DNA of 64,000 bases from Chiloscyllium plagiosum (lineage: Eukaryota): NCBI RefSeq assembly GCF_004010195.1, contig NC_057719.1:21536810-21600809 (forward strand), written 5' to 3'. Position numbers and translations under genes: made by a program. The notes below the pieces were generated by a model, which was not told the origin of the DNA, made no database searches, and saw nothing but the letters and a program-made list of their open reading frames with translations. Of the stretch, positions 38,691 through 51,338 are shown in pieces; positions within the stretch are counted from its first letter, which is position 1; each line of letters opens with the position of its first letter.

Positions 38691-39823
38691 GTTGATCATC
38701 CTCCTCCATTGTGAAAACCTGGCCCAAAATCTCTAAGTATTTTCTACAGAGTAATTTTCATAATTCACTCTGATGTGTTTTTAATGTTGAATTATTTTGG
38801 TTACTGACGTTGAAAATAACCAACATATTTATTGGAATAGTATCGGAAGATGACTCTTAGTTGAAATTTACATAACTGGGGGAAGTACAGACATGAAACA
38901 TCTCAAATGAATCTTTTAATACAGATTGAATGCCAATATTGATTCCTTACTCATACTGAAAAATTTGAGAAGGGTGGTCTGGCTGTCAGATGATACATTT
39001 CATGGAAGCAAGTATCTATTTGTTTAATCGTTAGATCTTATACTGCCACAGAGTTTTTGTTGGGTTATTGTCAATCTCCCTATGTAACACTGGCATAAAA
39101 GCATGAAATGAAAACAAAAATGTTTAAATGCTTAACAGGTTAGGATGTATCTGTGGAGAGAGATGTCTGTGAACTTTCATCAGAAAAGGAAGACATTAGA
39201 AATGTAATAGATTTTAAGGACTGGAAAGGAAGAGGTGGGAAAACTGATAAAAGGAAAGGTCTATGATAAGGCGAGAGACAGGAGAAATTAAATAACATTA
39301 GAGGGTTGATGATAAAAGGCAAAAGATAGTGGTAAAGAATCATGTAATGGAAATAAAGATGTGGTTAGAGGACAATGATTAGCCAGCTCTACCCAAAAGT
39401 AAAGAAAGAGAAAAGGCAGCGTAAAAAAAAGGCTACTTTTTATCAGATACTCTATTGGCCTTGTCGTATCCACTAGCAGCAATGACCAATCCCATATTGT
39501 AAGAAAGAGCAGCACTCCACCTGGCCTTAAAACAGTAGATTTTAAAAGTATTGGTGATACTTTGAGGTCTCCTCAACCTGCAGCCTCCGAAGTTGCCAAC
39601 TCTCTTGAAAGCTTTGCAAACTGTTAGGCCTCTGCATGGATGGTGGTCCCACAGCAGCATTCTAATGGTCCATAAAATAATGTCTCGATTCCTGATGCCC
39701 GCTCGCTTGGGCTCAGTTCTGATGATGTGATTACTTACCTGCTGAAATAAATCTGTGTTGTACGACTGAAATTTCTGTCTTTTGCCATTCTCAGACCCTA
39801 AATTTCTTTCATTCCACTTCCTA

Positions 39824-41025
39824 AGTTGGTGGTGGAGTGGACAATGAAGAAGATTACCTCAGAGTACAATGGGATCAGATGGACTGATGAGCTGAAGAAT
39901 GGTAATTGGAGTTTAATCTTTATAAATGTGAGGTGCTGCAGTTTGGAAGGACAAATCAGGGCAGGACTTATATACTAGGAGAACGTGAGGACTGCAGATG
40001 CTGGAGATCAGAGTCGAGAGTGTGATGCTGAAAAAGCACAGCAGGTCAGGCAGCATCCGAGGAGCAGGAGAATTAAATTTCAGGTATAAGCCCTTCATCA
40101 GGAATGAGGCTTGAGGGCTGGGGACACTGAGAGATAAATGGGAGGGGGATGGGGTTGGGGGAATGTAGCTGAGAATGCTGTATAGATGAAGGTGAGGAAA
40201 AGGTGATAGGTCAGAGAGGGGATTGGAGTGAATAGGTGGAAAAGTTGATGGACAGGTCAGGAGGGCAGTGCCGAGTTGGAGGCTTGGGACTGGGATAGTG
40301 TCGGGGAAGGGGAAATAAGGAAACTGTTGAAATCCACATTTATCCCTTGTGGTTACAGAGTCCCAAGGCAGAGTACCTTTTCCAGGCATCGGCTTGGCGG
40401 TGGAGGAGGCCCAGCACCTGCAAGTCATTGACAGAGTGGGAGGGGGAGTTGAAATGTTCAGCCATGGGGTGGTGGGGTTGGTGGGTGTGGGTGTTCCACA
40501 AATGTTCTCTGCAACGATCCACAAGAAGGCATCCTGTCTCCCTGCTGCAGAGGAGACCACATCGGGTGCAATGGATACAGTAGTTGGCATTGGTAGAGGT
40601 ACAGGTAAATTTCTGTTGGATGTGGAAGGATCCTTTGGGGCCTTGAACGGAGGTGAAGGGCATAGTGTGGGCACAGGTTTTATACACTTAAGGTCCTGAG
40701 GAGTGATGCCGAACAAAGGGACCTTGGAGTGCAGGTTCATAGTTTCTTGCAAATGGAGTCACAGATAGGTGGGATAGTGAAGAAGGCATTTAGTATGCTT
40801 GCCTTTCTTGGTCAGTGCATTGAGTATAGGAGTTGAGAGGTCAAGTTGCGACTGTGCAGGACATTGGTTAGACCACTTTTGGAATATACTTTCTTGCTAT
40901 AGGAAAGGGTTCAGAAAATATCTAAAAGGGTGTTGCCAGGGTTAGAGGTTTTGAGCTGTAGGGAAAGGCTGAACAGGGGCTATTTTTCCTGGAGCATCGG
41001 AGGCTGAGGGCTGACCTTATAAAAT
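39824..41025 (+). mobile_element. CR1 RT fragment split by a PLE; 3' tail resumes at 42422-42495
   Basis: KCEVLQFG..QRDLGVQVH..RRLRADL motifs. Confidence 0.8.
39978..40680 (-). mobile_element. Penelope-like element 3' part (Neptune-type GIY-YIG)
   Basis: FTCTSTNANYCIHCTRCGLLCSRETG...EHFNSPSH; family A pLTR; imperfect TSD TTATATACT/TTATACACT. Confidence 0.88.
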
Positions 41026-42531
41026 CCAATGCCGTGACTTTCCTTTCCAAACTGCAGCACCTCACATTTATCTAGATTAAACTCCATCTGCCACTCTTCA
41101 GTTCATTGGCCTATCTGATCAAGGTCTCATTGTATTCTGAGGTAGCCTTTTCATTGTCCACTTTACCACCAATTTTAGTTCCATAGGGAGTGGAATGAAA
41201 GAAATTTAAGGTCTGAGAATGGAAAAAAAATCAGAAATTTGAGTCGCATTGCCCAGATTTATTTCAGAAGGTAAGTAATCACATCATCAGGACTGAGTTC
41301 ATGTGAGCAGGCATCAGGAATCAAGACATTATTTTATGAATAGAATGCTGCTGTGGGACCACCATCCACGCAGAGGCCTGGCAGTTTGCAAAGCTTCCAA
41401 GAGGGATGGCAACTTTGGAGGCTGCAGGTAGAGGAAGCGGGTACCACCATGTTGTGTAGGCCTCAAAATATCACTGATACTTCTAAAATCTACTGTGTTA
41501 GGGCCAGTTGGAGTGCTGCTCTTTCTTACAATATTGGGTTGGTCATTGCTGCTAATGGATACTACAAGGCCAATTGAGCATCTGATAAAATATGGCCTTG
41601 ATTTTCTATGTTGCTTTTTCTCTTTCCTTACTTCTGGGTAATGCTGGCTAATATTCCTGCTATGCACACCTTCTCTAAACACATCTTTTGTTCCTTTACA
41701 TGATGCATTACCACTATCTTTTGCCTTTTATCACCAGCCCTTTTGTGTTATTTAATTTCTCCTGTCTCCCACCTTATCATCGACCTTTTTTTTTGTTAGT
41801 TTTCTCATCTCTTCCTTTCCAGTCCTTAAAAGCTATTACAATTCTAACGTCTCTTTTTTTCTGATGAAAGTTCACAGACATCTCTCTCCACAGGTACATC
41901 CTAACCTGTTGGGCATTTCAACATTTTTGTTTTCATTTCATGCTTTTATGCCAGTGTTACATAGGGAGATTGACAATAACCCAACAAAAACTCTGTGGTA
42001 GTATAAGATCTAATGATTGAACAAATAGATACTTGCTTCCATGAAATGTACCATCCGACAGCCAGACCACCCTTCTCAAATTTTTCAGTATGAGTAAGGA
42101 ATCAATATTGACATTCAATCTGTAATAAAAGGATCATTTGAGATGTTTCAGATCTGTATTTCTCCCAATTATGTAAATTTCAACTAAGAGTCATTGTCCT
42201 ATACTATTGCGATAAAAACGTTGGCTGTTTTCAATGTCAGTAACCAAAATAATTCAACATTAAATACACATCAGATGAATTATGACAATTTCCCTGCAGA
42301 AAATTATTGGTCACTTCGGGCCAGATTTTCAGTATGGAGGAGGACACATTATTGTAGAGTCATACAGCACTGAAACAGACCCTTCGATCCAACCAGTCCA
42401 TGTTGACCATAATCCCAAGCTTCAATAGGCTGAGCATGGATGAGATGGACTGAAGGATCTGCTTCTGTGCTGTACATCTCTTATGACTCTATAACTCCAC
42501 CTTTAAAGACATGAATTGTTCATCAGCCAGG

Positions 42532-42865
42532 CAAAAGTGAGGACTGCAGATGCTAGAAACCAGATTTTAGATTAGAGTGGTGCTGGAAAAGCACAGCGGG
42601 TCAGGCAGCATTCAAGGAGCAGGAAAATTCCTTTTTCAGGGATAGAGGCAGGGAGCCTCCAGGGTGGAGAGATAAATGGGGGAGGAGGGTCGGGTTGAAG
42701 AGAAGGTAGCAAAGAGTACAATAGGTGAATGGGGGTGGGAATGGAGGTGATAGGTCAGAGAGGAGGGTGGAGCGGATAGGTGGGAAAGGAGATTGGCCGG
42801 TCGGACAGGTCATGGGGACTGTGCTGAGCTGGAAGGTTGGAACTGAGGTAAGGTGGGGGGAGGGG
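42532..42865 (-). mobile_element. PLE 3' fragment (family A)
   Basis: 16-bp TSD TTG(T/C)TCATCAGCCAGG (42516-42531, 42866-42881). Confidence 0.85.
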
Positions 42866-45289
42866 TTGCTCATCAGCCAGGAATACTGAGGCTAATCCCT
42901 GCCGCGGCCTTCATGCAAAAATGTATAAGAGCAGTCAGAATTGATATTTCTCTGTTGCTTTCTTACTCTTTCACCTCCACTGACCCACTTACTCTCACCT
43001 CCCTTTTCAAACCTAGTTGAGGAGAGCAATTCAAAGGGCAGGGGAATCAAAGTTCAGCATTGTTTTGACCGTGACATCCCAATTTGCGAATAATTTCTCA
43101 CATTTCAGAATTATATGCAAACTATTTTCATTACTTAATTGGCATATTAGGGAAAGAATTTTTGAGGCCCTTAATGCCGTGAACTTTCAAGTGCAGCCAT
43201 CACAATTAATGGATGAAATCTCATGACTAGTGGCCCCAGATCAGCCCCCAGCCCCTTCCAGGTCACTCAGTAATTATTCAATTTCTTTGACCAGATTTGA
43301 TGTCTCACCTCTGATGCTAGATTTATCATACAGTGGACATCAAACAAAATCAGCAAAAGTCAAAAAATATGTTATTACATTTAGAGCCTATTTAGATCTT
43401 GAATACTCAACTTATTTGAAAACATAACCCACCTCTATTACTTGGTTGTGTCTTTTGCTCTCATGAAATTTACTATAACTTGCACAGTCTGGTGATAGAC
43501 AATCCAATGACAACAGAGCATGTGTGATTGAATTGTCCAACAGTGCCTAGCGAGTTTATTACATTGCAATTGTCACAACCGTAACTTGCATTTAGGTAGC
43601 GGCTTCAACACGGCAAAATGTTCCAATATGTTTCACAGGAGAGTTGTCAAACAAAGTCTGATATCAGGCCACATAAGTCAATAATAGGGGAGATGACCTG
43701 ATCTAATTCAAACAGTTTTAAGGTACATACAGTTTTAAGAAAGGGAGATATTTGGAAAGGGTATTCCAGAGGCTAGGAGGCACATAACTGAAGACATGTC
43801 TGCAAATTTTGTGGCGATTAATTAATTAATTGACATAAGTGGATGTTCTTGATGAGGAATCTGTTATATTTCAACTTTCTGCTCTATGCAGGGGACATTA
43901 CCCAGTCTGAGTCCATGCCAGAAGATTCTAGCAACTCTGCATCCTATCATTTTCCACCTGTTGTAAAAGAAGAGTCACGGTATGGTCATTCAGGAGGTGG
44001 GGGAAGGGGAATCTTTCACGTTTCCCTGATGCAAGCACTTGGCAACTTAATTTCATGTTAGAAACGCATACAAAGTTATCTCATCAGAGTTAGAATTTAA
44101 ATTTTAAAAATATCAAAGCCACTGAATTTTAATTGTGCATAAACCTCTTTTGAAATCTCATAAACTTAGTCATACTTACTATGGCGATCATTTTGATTAA
44201 TATTTTAATGGAATCATAGAGCATTGTGAAAATCAGGAGCTGACAGGTCTCATCTCAGCAAGATAGAATAATGTTAAAATGTTTTGCATCAGTGTCTCTT
44301 AACTTCAGATTGTGTGTAAGTGGTGTACTTGTTGTTGAGTGAAACTGTGTGCCTTTAACTCAATCAACCTAATTTTAGCTGTTCATTGGACACAATCATA
44401 TGCACTTGACAAATGGCAATAAATAAAAATTTCAATCCCTAGCAATTAGCTTATTTTGCTTGTTTCTTCAATTCCCTCACAATCCCTGCTGGAGTCCACA
44501 AGTGATTACTCCCCTGCAACAAACTAATCACCAAACAGAATAAAAGTTAGTACAAATCACAACAGAAAAATGGTGTTGCCTGTCAAAATTGGCTTTAGGT
44601 AAGATGCAAAAATTGTATTGAAATAAACTCCTGCTACGCAAATGCAGTTTTGAACCAAACTAGCCCTCTTCATACCAAGTCAAAGATGGGGAAAGAGCAA
44701 AAGTTTTCCCTCGCTTTGCAAACATCAAGAAAAATTCCATGTGGGAAGAAAAAACAAACAATGGCAGCCAGATGCTAAGGACACATATCCTGCACACAAA
44801 CTGCATGACCTGACATACTAAGCATTATCGAGACACAGTCAACTCTTGCTATGTTGTTTTTCTTTAGATGAAGGCAGCGATCTGTGTTTCTTGTCAACCG
44901 GCAACAGAGATTGAAATGAAGAAAGGGGAGAAGGAGGAGGGTGGAAATGATTTCCAGAAAATTAGTTCCAGACTGTCTGGTGCAATTGTATGCTATAAAA
45001 GCAGAAAGATGTTCACACAAAATTTCATGAACTTGGCTAGGATGGACCAGCTGAGATTTCAACTCTCACTGGTGAGGAAGTAGCATTACATTTAGTCATC
45101 CTGAATGAAGTTACAAAGAAGCTTGTAATAGCTTTGTAGTATTTCCAACTAATCATACATATTTGATGAGAATCCATTTATTGAAGTGGCTGGCACTTCC
45201 TTAAGGGAATATCAAAGAAAAAATATATTTAATCTACGACCTTTTTATTTTTATTCCTTTATATTTGCAAGAAGGCCTTATATCTGGGC

Positions 45290-45632
45290 TCATATTCCAG
45301 TACAGTATTGTAGGAAGGCTGGCCTCTTGAAGGTATCTGTCTTTCAGATGAGACGTAAGACTGAAATTTTGCCTGCCTTAAGGGTACCTGTTAAAGATCC
45401 CATGCCACTATTTTGAAGAAGAGCAATTCTCATAAAGAATGCTTATCCTTCCACTGACATCACTAAGACAGATTAACTGGTTATTGTCACACTGTGGAAC
45501 CTCGCTATGCTTCTCTAAACATTCCACTACATTACAACTGTGACTATACTTCAAATCTATTTTGCTGGCTCCAAAGTGCTTTGATATGTCATAAGGTTTT
45601 GAAAGGTCCTGCATAAATGCAAGTTCTTTCTT
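45290..45632 (+). mobile_element. Deu-domain SINE
   Basis: GTCTTTCAGATGAGACG..AAAGATCCCATGCCACTATTTTGAAGAAGAGCA..CTACATTACAAC..ATAAATGCAAGTTCTTTC. Confidence 0.8.
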
Positions 45633-46559
45633 TTATCTGTATATATCTGTCCATAATCACAAAGAAAACTGAAGCAGCAGGCTCCTTAACAATGTGTATT
45701 CATCCTTGCACAATTCAATTGATCATATCAAGGTAAAAGGAAAAGGAAAATGGAGCTATTTAATATTATATCTGGCTTTCTGGTTTCCTGTTGTGAGCAA
45801 TGGCACAGTTAGGCCCTGGCGCTGTCTCCTGAAGGGTACAAAAGGGAATCACTGCATGGATGCTCTCCCTTGCTGATATCAGCCACCAATCTTTTCACAT
45901 TACAGCAATACATCAGCCAATGAGATCCTTTGACCAGCCCAACCTGCCTATCCAATCATCAGAGAAGTCTGAACCAAGACAAAGGCCGTCCAGTCATGAC
46001 TCCCTTCCTCTCTTGCAAGCCGCCTCTATTCAATCAATCATATATAACTTCACATTTTGTTTTTGACCATTTCTGCTGACTTTTCTCGACCCTCTTCAAA
46101 ACAGATATTTGACCCTAGATGCTTGTCCACTTCACGACTGCATTTCCCGAGGGACTGAGACAGCTGCATTACCAGAAATTGTGTACTTTCTATTCAGAAG
46201 TCAACAGATGTATCAACTTTGTTTACTTATGGAAACTATGCAGTACGTTAAGTATTGAACTCCATTCCCCAATCTATTGCATCTGCGCTATCAATTAACT
46301 CAAAGTTGAGTTATGCCTGGAAAACAAACACTCGAAATGGAAACATTTTCTGTCTTAAGGGGAAAGAGCAGGGGAATGGGACCAACTGTACAATTGTTTC
46401 AAGGAAATAGTATTTCTAGGGCAGTTCTTTACTTTTCAGGATGTTTATCTAGTTTGATTCCACTACAACACACCGCCGAGCTTTTGAGAATAAGGAGATA
46501 CCCAAGAACCACACACAAGGTACACAGTAAAACAGATGGCCCAGTAGTTGGAAAAGGTA

Positions 46560-46745
46560 AGTGGCAGTTAGTCTGGAAGCAGGTTCAATAGCAACTTTTG
46601 AAAGGGAACTGGGTAAATGATTGAAGAGGAAAGAGCTGCAGAACTATGAGGAAAGGAGAGGGGATAATTGGATGGGTCTTTCAAAGAAGGATGGTTTTGG
46701 CAAGAAGAGCTGAATGACCTCTTTCTGTTCTGTATGGTTATATAA
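46560..46745 (+). mobile_element. Old CR1 3' end
   Basis: EAGSIATFERELGK-like reading followed by a CR1-type 3' UTR. Confidence 0.6.
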
Positions 46746-48010
46746 ATCAATGAGTCATACCATTATTTTTGTATAACTATGAAAATTACAGAAATTGTTT
46801 CTTGCATAATTGAGCAGGCTAATTTAATGATTCAACACAACGCCTCTTCTTTTTAATACCCAAAAGTGTTATCACACTCAACTGAGTGACTTTCCCACCA
46901 CCAAAATCACTGTGACTCTTTTTATTTATTGTGTTAAAGTTTTCCTCTCAAAACACCACCTGCAAAACACCCATATAGCCAATTCAATGCAAAGCCCATT
47001 AATGACAATGTGAACCATCAAAAGTGAAGGGGGGAGGATAGGGAGAGCAGGAAGAAGTGAAATCAAAATGGAGTTGGTTGGGGAAATAAAGCACTGTGTC
47101 CCCTACAATACCCACCTCTCTGGAAAGGCATCCCCCACCACACCTCCTAGCCTGAAGTTAAAATTATTTTCAGGGCTTGACAAGTCGCTAAACCCTGATC
47201 TTCATATTTAAAGGATGTTATGGGCTCTCTTGATGCCAGTTCACACCAACAGGGAAAAAATGGCAGACTCTGAAGACTCCAGGCAACTATAAGTCATCTA
47301 ACTGATTTTCACTGCTCAGACAAGAATAGAATTTTCTTCGGTTTAGTTTTGTTTGATGCACTATCTTTTAGTTGTGTCCAGCCAATAAAGCCTCAGGTTG
47401 TCATCATTATTTATGGGTTCGGAAAGGTGACTGCATGACCGAGAGTGATAAACATCACCCAATGTGATTAGATCAAGAGAAGCACGGGGAGTTGTGGGGA
47501 AGTGGAGTTAAGTGAGATCTTGTGGGAGACCTGATAAACCTTAGAACTAGGGCTGAAGACAGGGCTTTAAACTTTAAGCTAAATTGTGTGTATGTGTGTT
47601 TGTGTATGTGTGTGTGTGGTGGGGGAGGTGCATGTGAGCTACATGGATAATTATTAAATGACATGTAAAAGGGAAGGTAAGATTGCAGATTAATGCTGGG
47701 TTTGATTGTGATCAGACAACTAAAAAGAAGGGATATATTGTGTGAATGTCATGTCGTACCAAGAAACCATAAAAGTGTAGGGAAACTCAATAATAGATCA
47801 AACTTAAAGGCTTTGTGTCTTAATACACTAAGAGTTCATAATAAGGTAGATGAATTGATAGTGCAAATTGAGGACAATCAAGATCACAGGGTCTTTAAAG
47901 GTGAAGAGTTCTCAGCAGAGGTCTTAAAGTCTCCAGAACAGTTGCTAGGACAGAGAATATGGAAAGAAACATCAGGCATAGCAGGTAAGGGGACAGTTAT
48001 AAGAAAAAAA

Positions 48011-48234
48011 GTGTACAAAATTAAAAATCGTACAATACCAGGTTATAATCTGACTGGTTTATTTGGAAGCACTAGCTTTCAGAACGCTGCTCCTTCATCA
48101 GGTTGACAACCACCTGATGAAGGAGCAGCACTCTGAAAGCTAGTGCTTCCAAATAAACCTGTTGGACTATAACCTGATATTGTGTGATTTTTAACTTTGT
48201 ACACCCCAGTCCAACACCGGCATCTCCAAGTCAT
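48011..48234. mobile_element. PLE hairpin mini-element, family B
   Basis: Palindrome with apex ~48106 plus one-sided tail. Confidence 0.85.
48111..48145 (+). ncRNA. Minimal hammerhead ribozyme (family B), antisense twin at 48070-48104
   Basis: CAC-CTGATGA-AGGAGCAGCACTCT-GAAAGCTA-GTG: stem I CAC/GTG, palindromic AGCT helix III, CUA triplet; stem II partly decayed. Confidence 0.7.
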
Positions 48235-50237
48235 GACTACCATCAAGAAATAGAGTGGGCAGTCAATACAGGACCAAGAGATTGTACTTAGCTGCACACA
48301 GTATATGAAACAAGGCAAATGAGCTGGTAGCACAGATTGAAAGCGGCGGGTATGATGTTATGGGCATTGCAGAGATACGGCTGTAAGAGGATCAGGGCTG
48401 GGAACTAAATGTTCAAAGATATGCATCCTATTGAAAATACAGGCAGAAGGATGGTGGGGGATATCTTGTTAGTAAGAAATGAAACTAAATTGATAGCACA
48501 AAGTGATATTGAGTCAGAATGCATAGAATCTGTGTTGGGAAATTTGAGGAACTGAAAGGTATAGAAAAAACCCTGGTGGGACTTACATACCGGCTTCCCA
48601 ATCAGTAGTCAGGAAGTGGGACAGAAGAGAAATCAGGAAATAGAAAGGATGTGCAAGAAAGCCTCTATTATTATAAATCATGTATGACTTCAATATGCAA
48701 CTGGACTGGAGCCTGGATGAAGCCTTCGGACTGCATAGATTTTTCAGTTTGGGTTGAGTCCATTGATGAGCTAAGGTGCATAGTGGATTGAATGGGTAAG
48801 TACTTATTTTTCTTATATCTCTGTGAATAGATTTTGATTGAAGTTGAATGTTCAGTATTTCTGTAGGCCCCATACTGTCTATGCTGGGTAGCATGAGGTC
48901 TACTGAAACTATCTGTTAGGTTTGACTGTTTGTTCATCTGAAAGTGGAGGCATAAATTGGAATTCCAGGCTGAACAATGGTGCCAGACAGAAAGCATTCT
49001 GGTTCTGTGTATTTGCTGCAGCCTCAGCCAGGGGTTTTGTCCAGTAGTTTAGATATTGGAAAAGTCCAGGGTTATGTCCAGTATTTTAGATGATGGAGAT
49101 TTTTGCTCAATCCTATAATTTTGAATTTAAAGCTAGAAAGAGGATTTAATGTTACAATATTATCAGACAGCAAACAAAAGTTGATGGAACTAAGCTTACA
49201 ACTGACAGAAATTCATCTACAAGTTCACAATGCATTACACTTAACATTAAAGGTACGCTATTAGCAACTCTCCAACATAGGAGAGACCAATATAAGCAAC
49301 TCTTGTGGCATATAATAATGTCCCTACCCTTGGACTTGTAAGGCATAAGTTCAAGATGTACCAGCTCCAGAGGTGTGTAAGAACATTCCTGAGCAGGATG
49401 ATTAGAAAAATAATTAAATTAAGAAATATGAAATGTACTTCCCAACAAGAGTGTCTTAACTTGAACTGAAATATGCGTATTGATCTCAATATCATGTAAA
49501 TGTGAAAGGGATTGAGCAAGGAACTTTTGTACAACTTTTGTACAGAAGCTTTTGTACAACTGGTAAAACTCAAATTGGAACCAAAGCCCAAATGCAGAAT
49601 GGATGGAAAGTTGTGTCTATTTTCAGCTGCTGCCAAAACTCAAGAGATTTCAGATTCCAACTGTCAACAAACTTCAAGAAGAAAGGCAACCAAGGACGCA
49701 ACAACTGAACAGTGTATTCCACTTGAGATAATTGAAGCACTTGCAACTAAATTGAGTCAAATTGCAACAATTAACACTGCAACAGATTGCAGTGAACAAT
49801 TCGTTATGGTAAAACCAAGTCAGGTACTAGATGATAAGTAGGGTCAGGTAGGGTCAAGTTCAAATGGAATATCTTCGAAAGAAGAGTCCACAAAAACCAT
49901 AATGGATATCACATTAAGTGAGAAGGAATCTTTAGGGAACACTGTTAGGAACTGAATAAATTGATTGCATCAACTGCCAAGGGTGAATGGGAAAGTCCAA
50001 ACTGATCAATAATTTCAAGCAAAATGCCAATTTACTTTATCACAGATCTACAGGCAGATTGAGCTAAGATTAATGTTTAAGTCCCTTAGGTCAAACTACC
50101 ACTGTTCATCACTTTCTCTGATGAGACAGCAGTCCTATGATCCTCTGTGAATGTGGCAACCTTAACTTTGCATAAAGCCAAATGTTCTACATGTATTAGG
50201 AAAGATCTGAAATGATTAAGAATAGGAAGAACCATGC

Positions 50238-50348
50238 AGTGTGTGTGTGTGTGTATGTGAGTGTGTGTGTGTGAGAGAGTGTGCGAGTGTGTGTGAATGT
50301 GTGTGTATGAGAGAGAGAGTATGTGCGAGTGTGTGTGTGTGTGTGTGT
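50238..50348. repeat. Imperfect (GT)n/(GA)n microsatellite
   Basis: Direct reading. Confidence 0.95.
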
Positions 50349-50372
50349 TGGTGAGTTAGGGAGTTGGGCTTG

Positions 50373-51338
50373 TAGAATAAAATCCCTACAGTGTAGAAAC
50401 CTTTGGTCTGTTATGGACTAGGTCAGAGAGCACAAACCATTTTGAGCAGGTAACCCAGACCATAACTTTGCAATTTGTTTCTGTAAGTGTATAGTGAGAA
50501 TTGCCCGGAGTAAGTTAGCTAGATTGACTACTAGGTTTTAAAACAGACAGAAATTTATTCACAAAATTACACAATGAAACACAAAGATCAAAATAAAGAC
50601 CCCCTATAGAACTCAGTCTATCCAAACTAGACTTAATTATGCTGTTCCAAATATACACAACAGTCCCGGTAAGCAAACCCCCTTAAAATAAAGTTTAAAA
50701 ATGGAACAGATGCGTGCAGAATGAAGTTAGAAGGGTAGAAAAAGAGAGAGAAGTTCCACACAGATGAACTCCTAACTAGTTCTGGACTGAACTGCTCAAC
50801 TAGAGAGCTGACCGCTCTCCTTTCATTATACAGGTCACTTCTAAAACATGACCACTTTGGCCTGAAGTCTCATCTGTTTACATATAAACGAAAAGGCCTC
50901 TTAATATCCTTTAATATCTATACCAAACCAGTCTAATCAGAACCAGGTGTGGTATACAATCCCTCTGAGAAAAGCCAAGGACACAGTATCCTTGAGCAGA
51001 GGAAAAGCTTTTAGAAAAAAAGGGCCAGCTTTGTGACAGGCCCAAAAAGTCCACAATGACCCTTTGAAGAGTAACCCACCAGACCCATTCCCCTCCCCTA
51101 TTATCTTATATTTATCCCTGACTGATGCACCCAACACTATGGGCAATTTAGCTTGGCTATTCACCTAACCTGCACATCTTTTGATTATTGGAGGAAACTG
51201 GAGTACCCAGAGGAAACCCACACAGACACAGGGAGAATGTACAAACTCTACACAGACAGTCACCCTAGGCTGGAATCAAACCAAGGTCCCTGGCGCTGTG
51301 AGGCAGCAGTGCTAACCACTGAGTCACCGTGCTGTCCC
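50373..51338 (-). mobile_element. HE1-like V-SINE split by a solo LTR
   Basis: Tail at 50373-50408; remainder at 51039-51338. Confidence 0.85.
50409..51038 (-). mobile_element. Solo LTR (630 bp)
   Basis: TGTTA...TGACA ends; 4-bp TSD GGTC/GGCC; minus-strand TATAA (~50825) and AATAAA (~50555). Confidence 0.8.

Larger units (their letters stand above)
38609..42421. repeat. Large inverted duplication (arms ~38609-39962 and ~41031-42421)
   Basis: Arms are reverse complements along their length, including unique sequence and TE junctions, with scattered substitutions and indels. Confidence 0.92.
47790..48715 (+). mobile_element. CR1 APE endonuclease region, decayed, split by a PLE hairpin
   Basis: LKALCLNTLRVHNKVDEL; YDVMGIAE..QGWELNVQ; TLVGLTYRLP. 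Confidence 0.7.

Noticed and set aside
39913..40752. 279-aa ORF
   Set aside because: Off-frame read-through of PLE and CR1 sequence; not a gene
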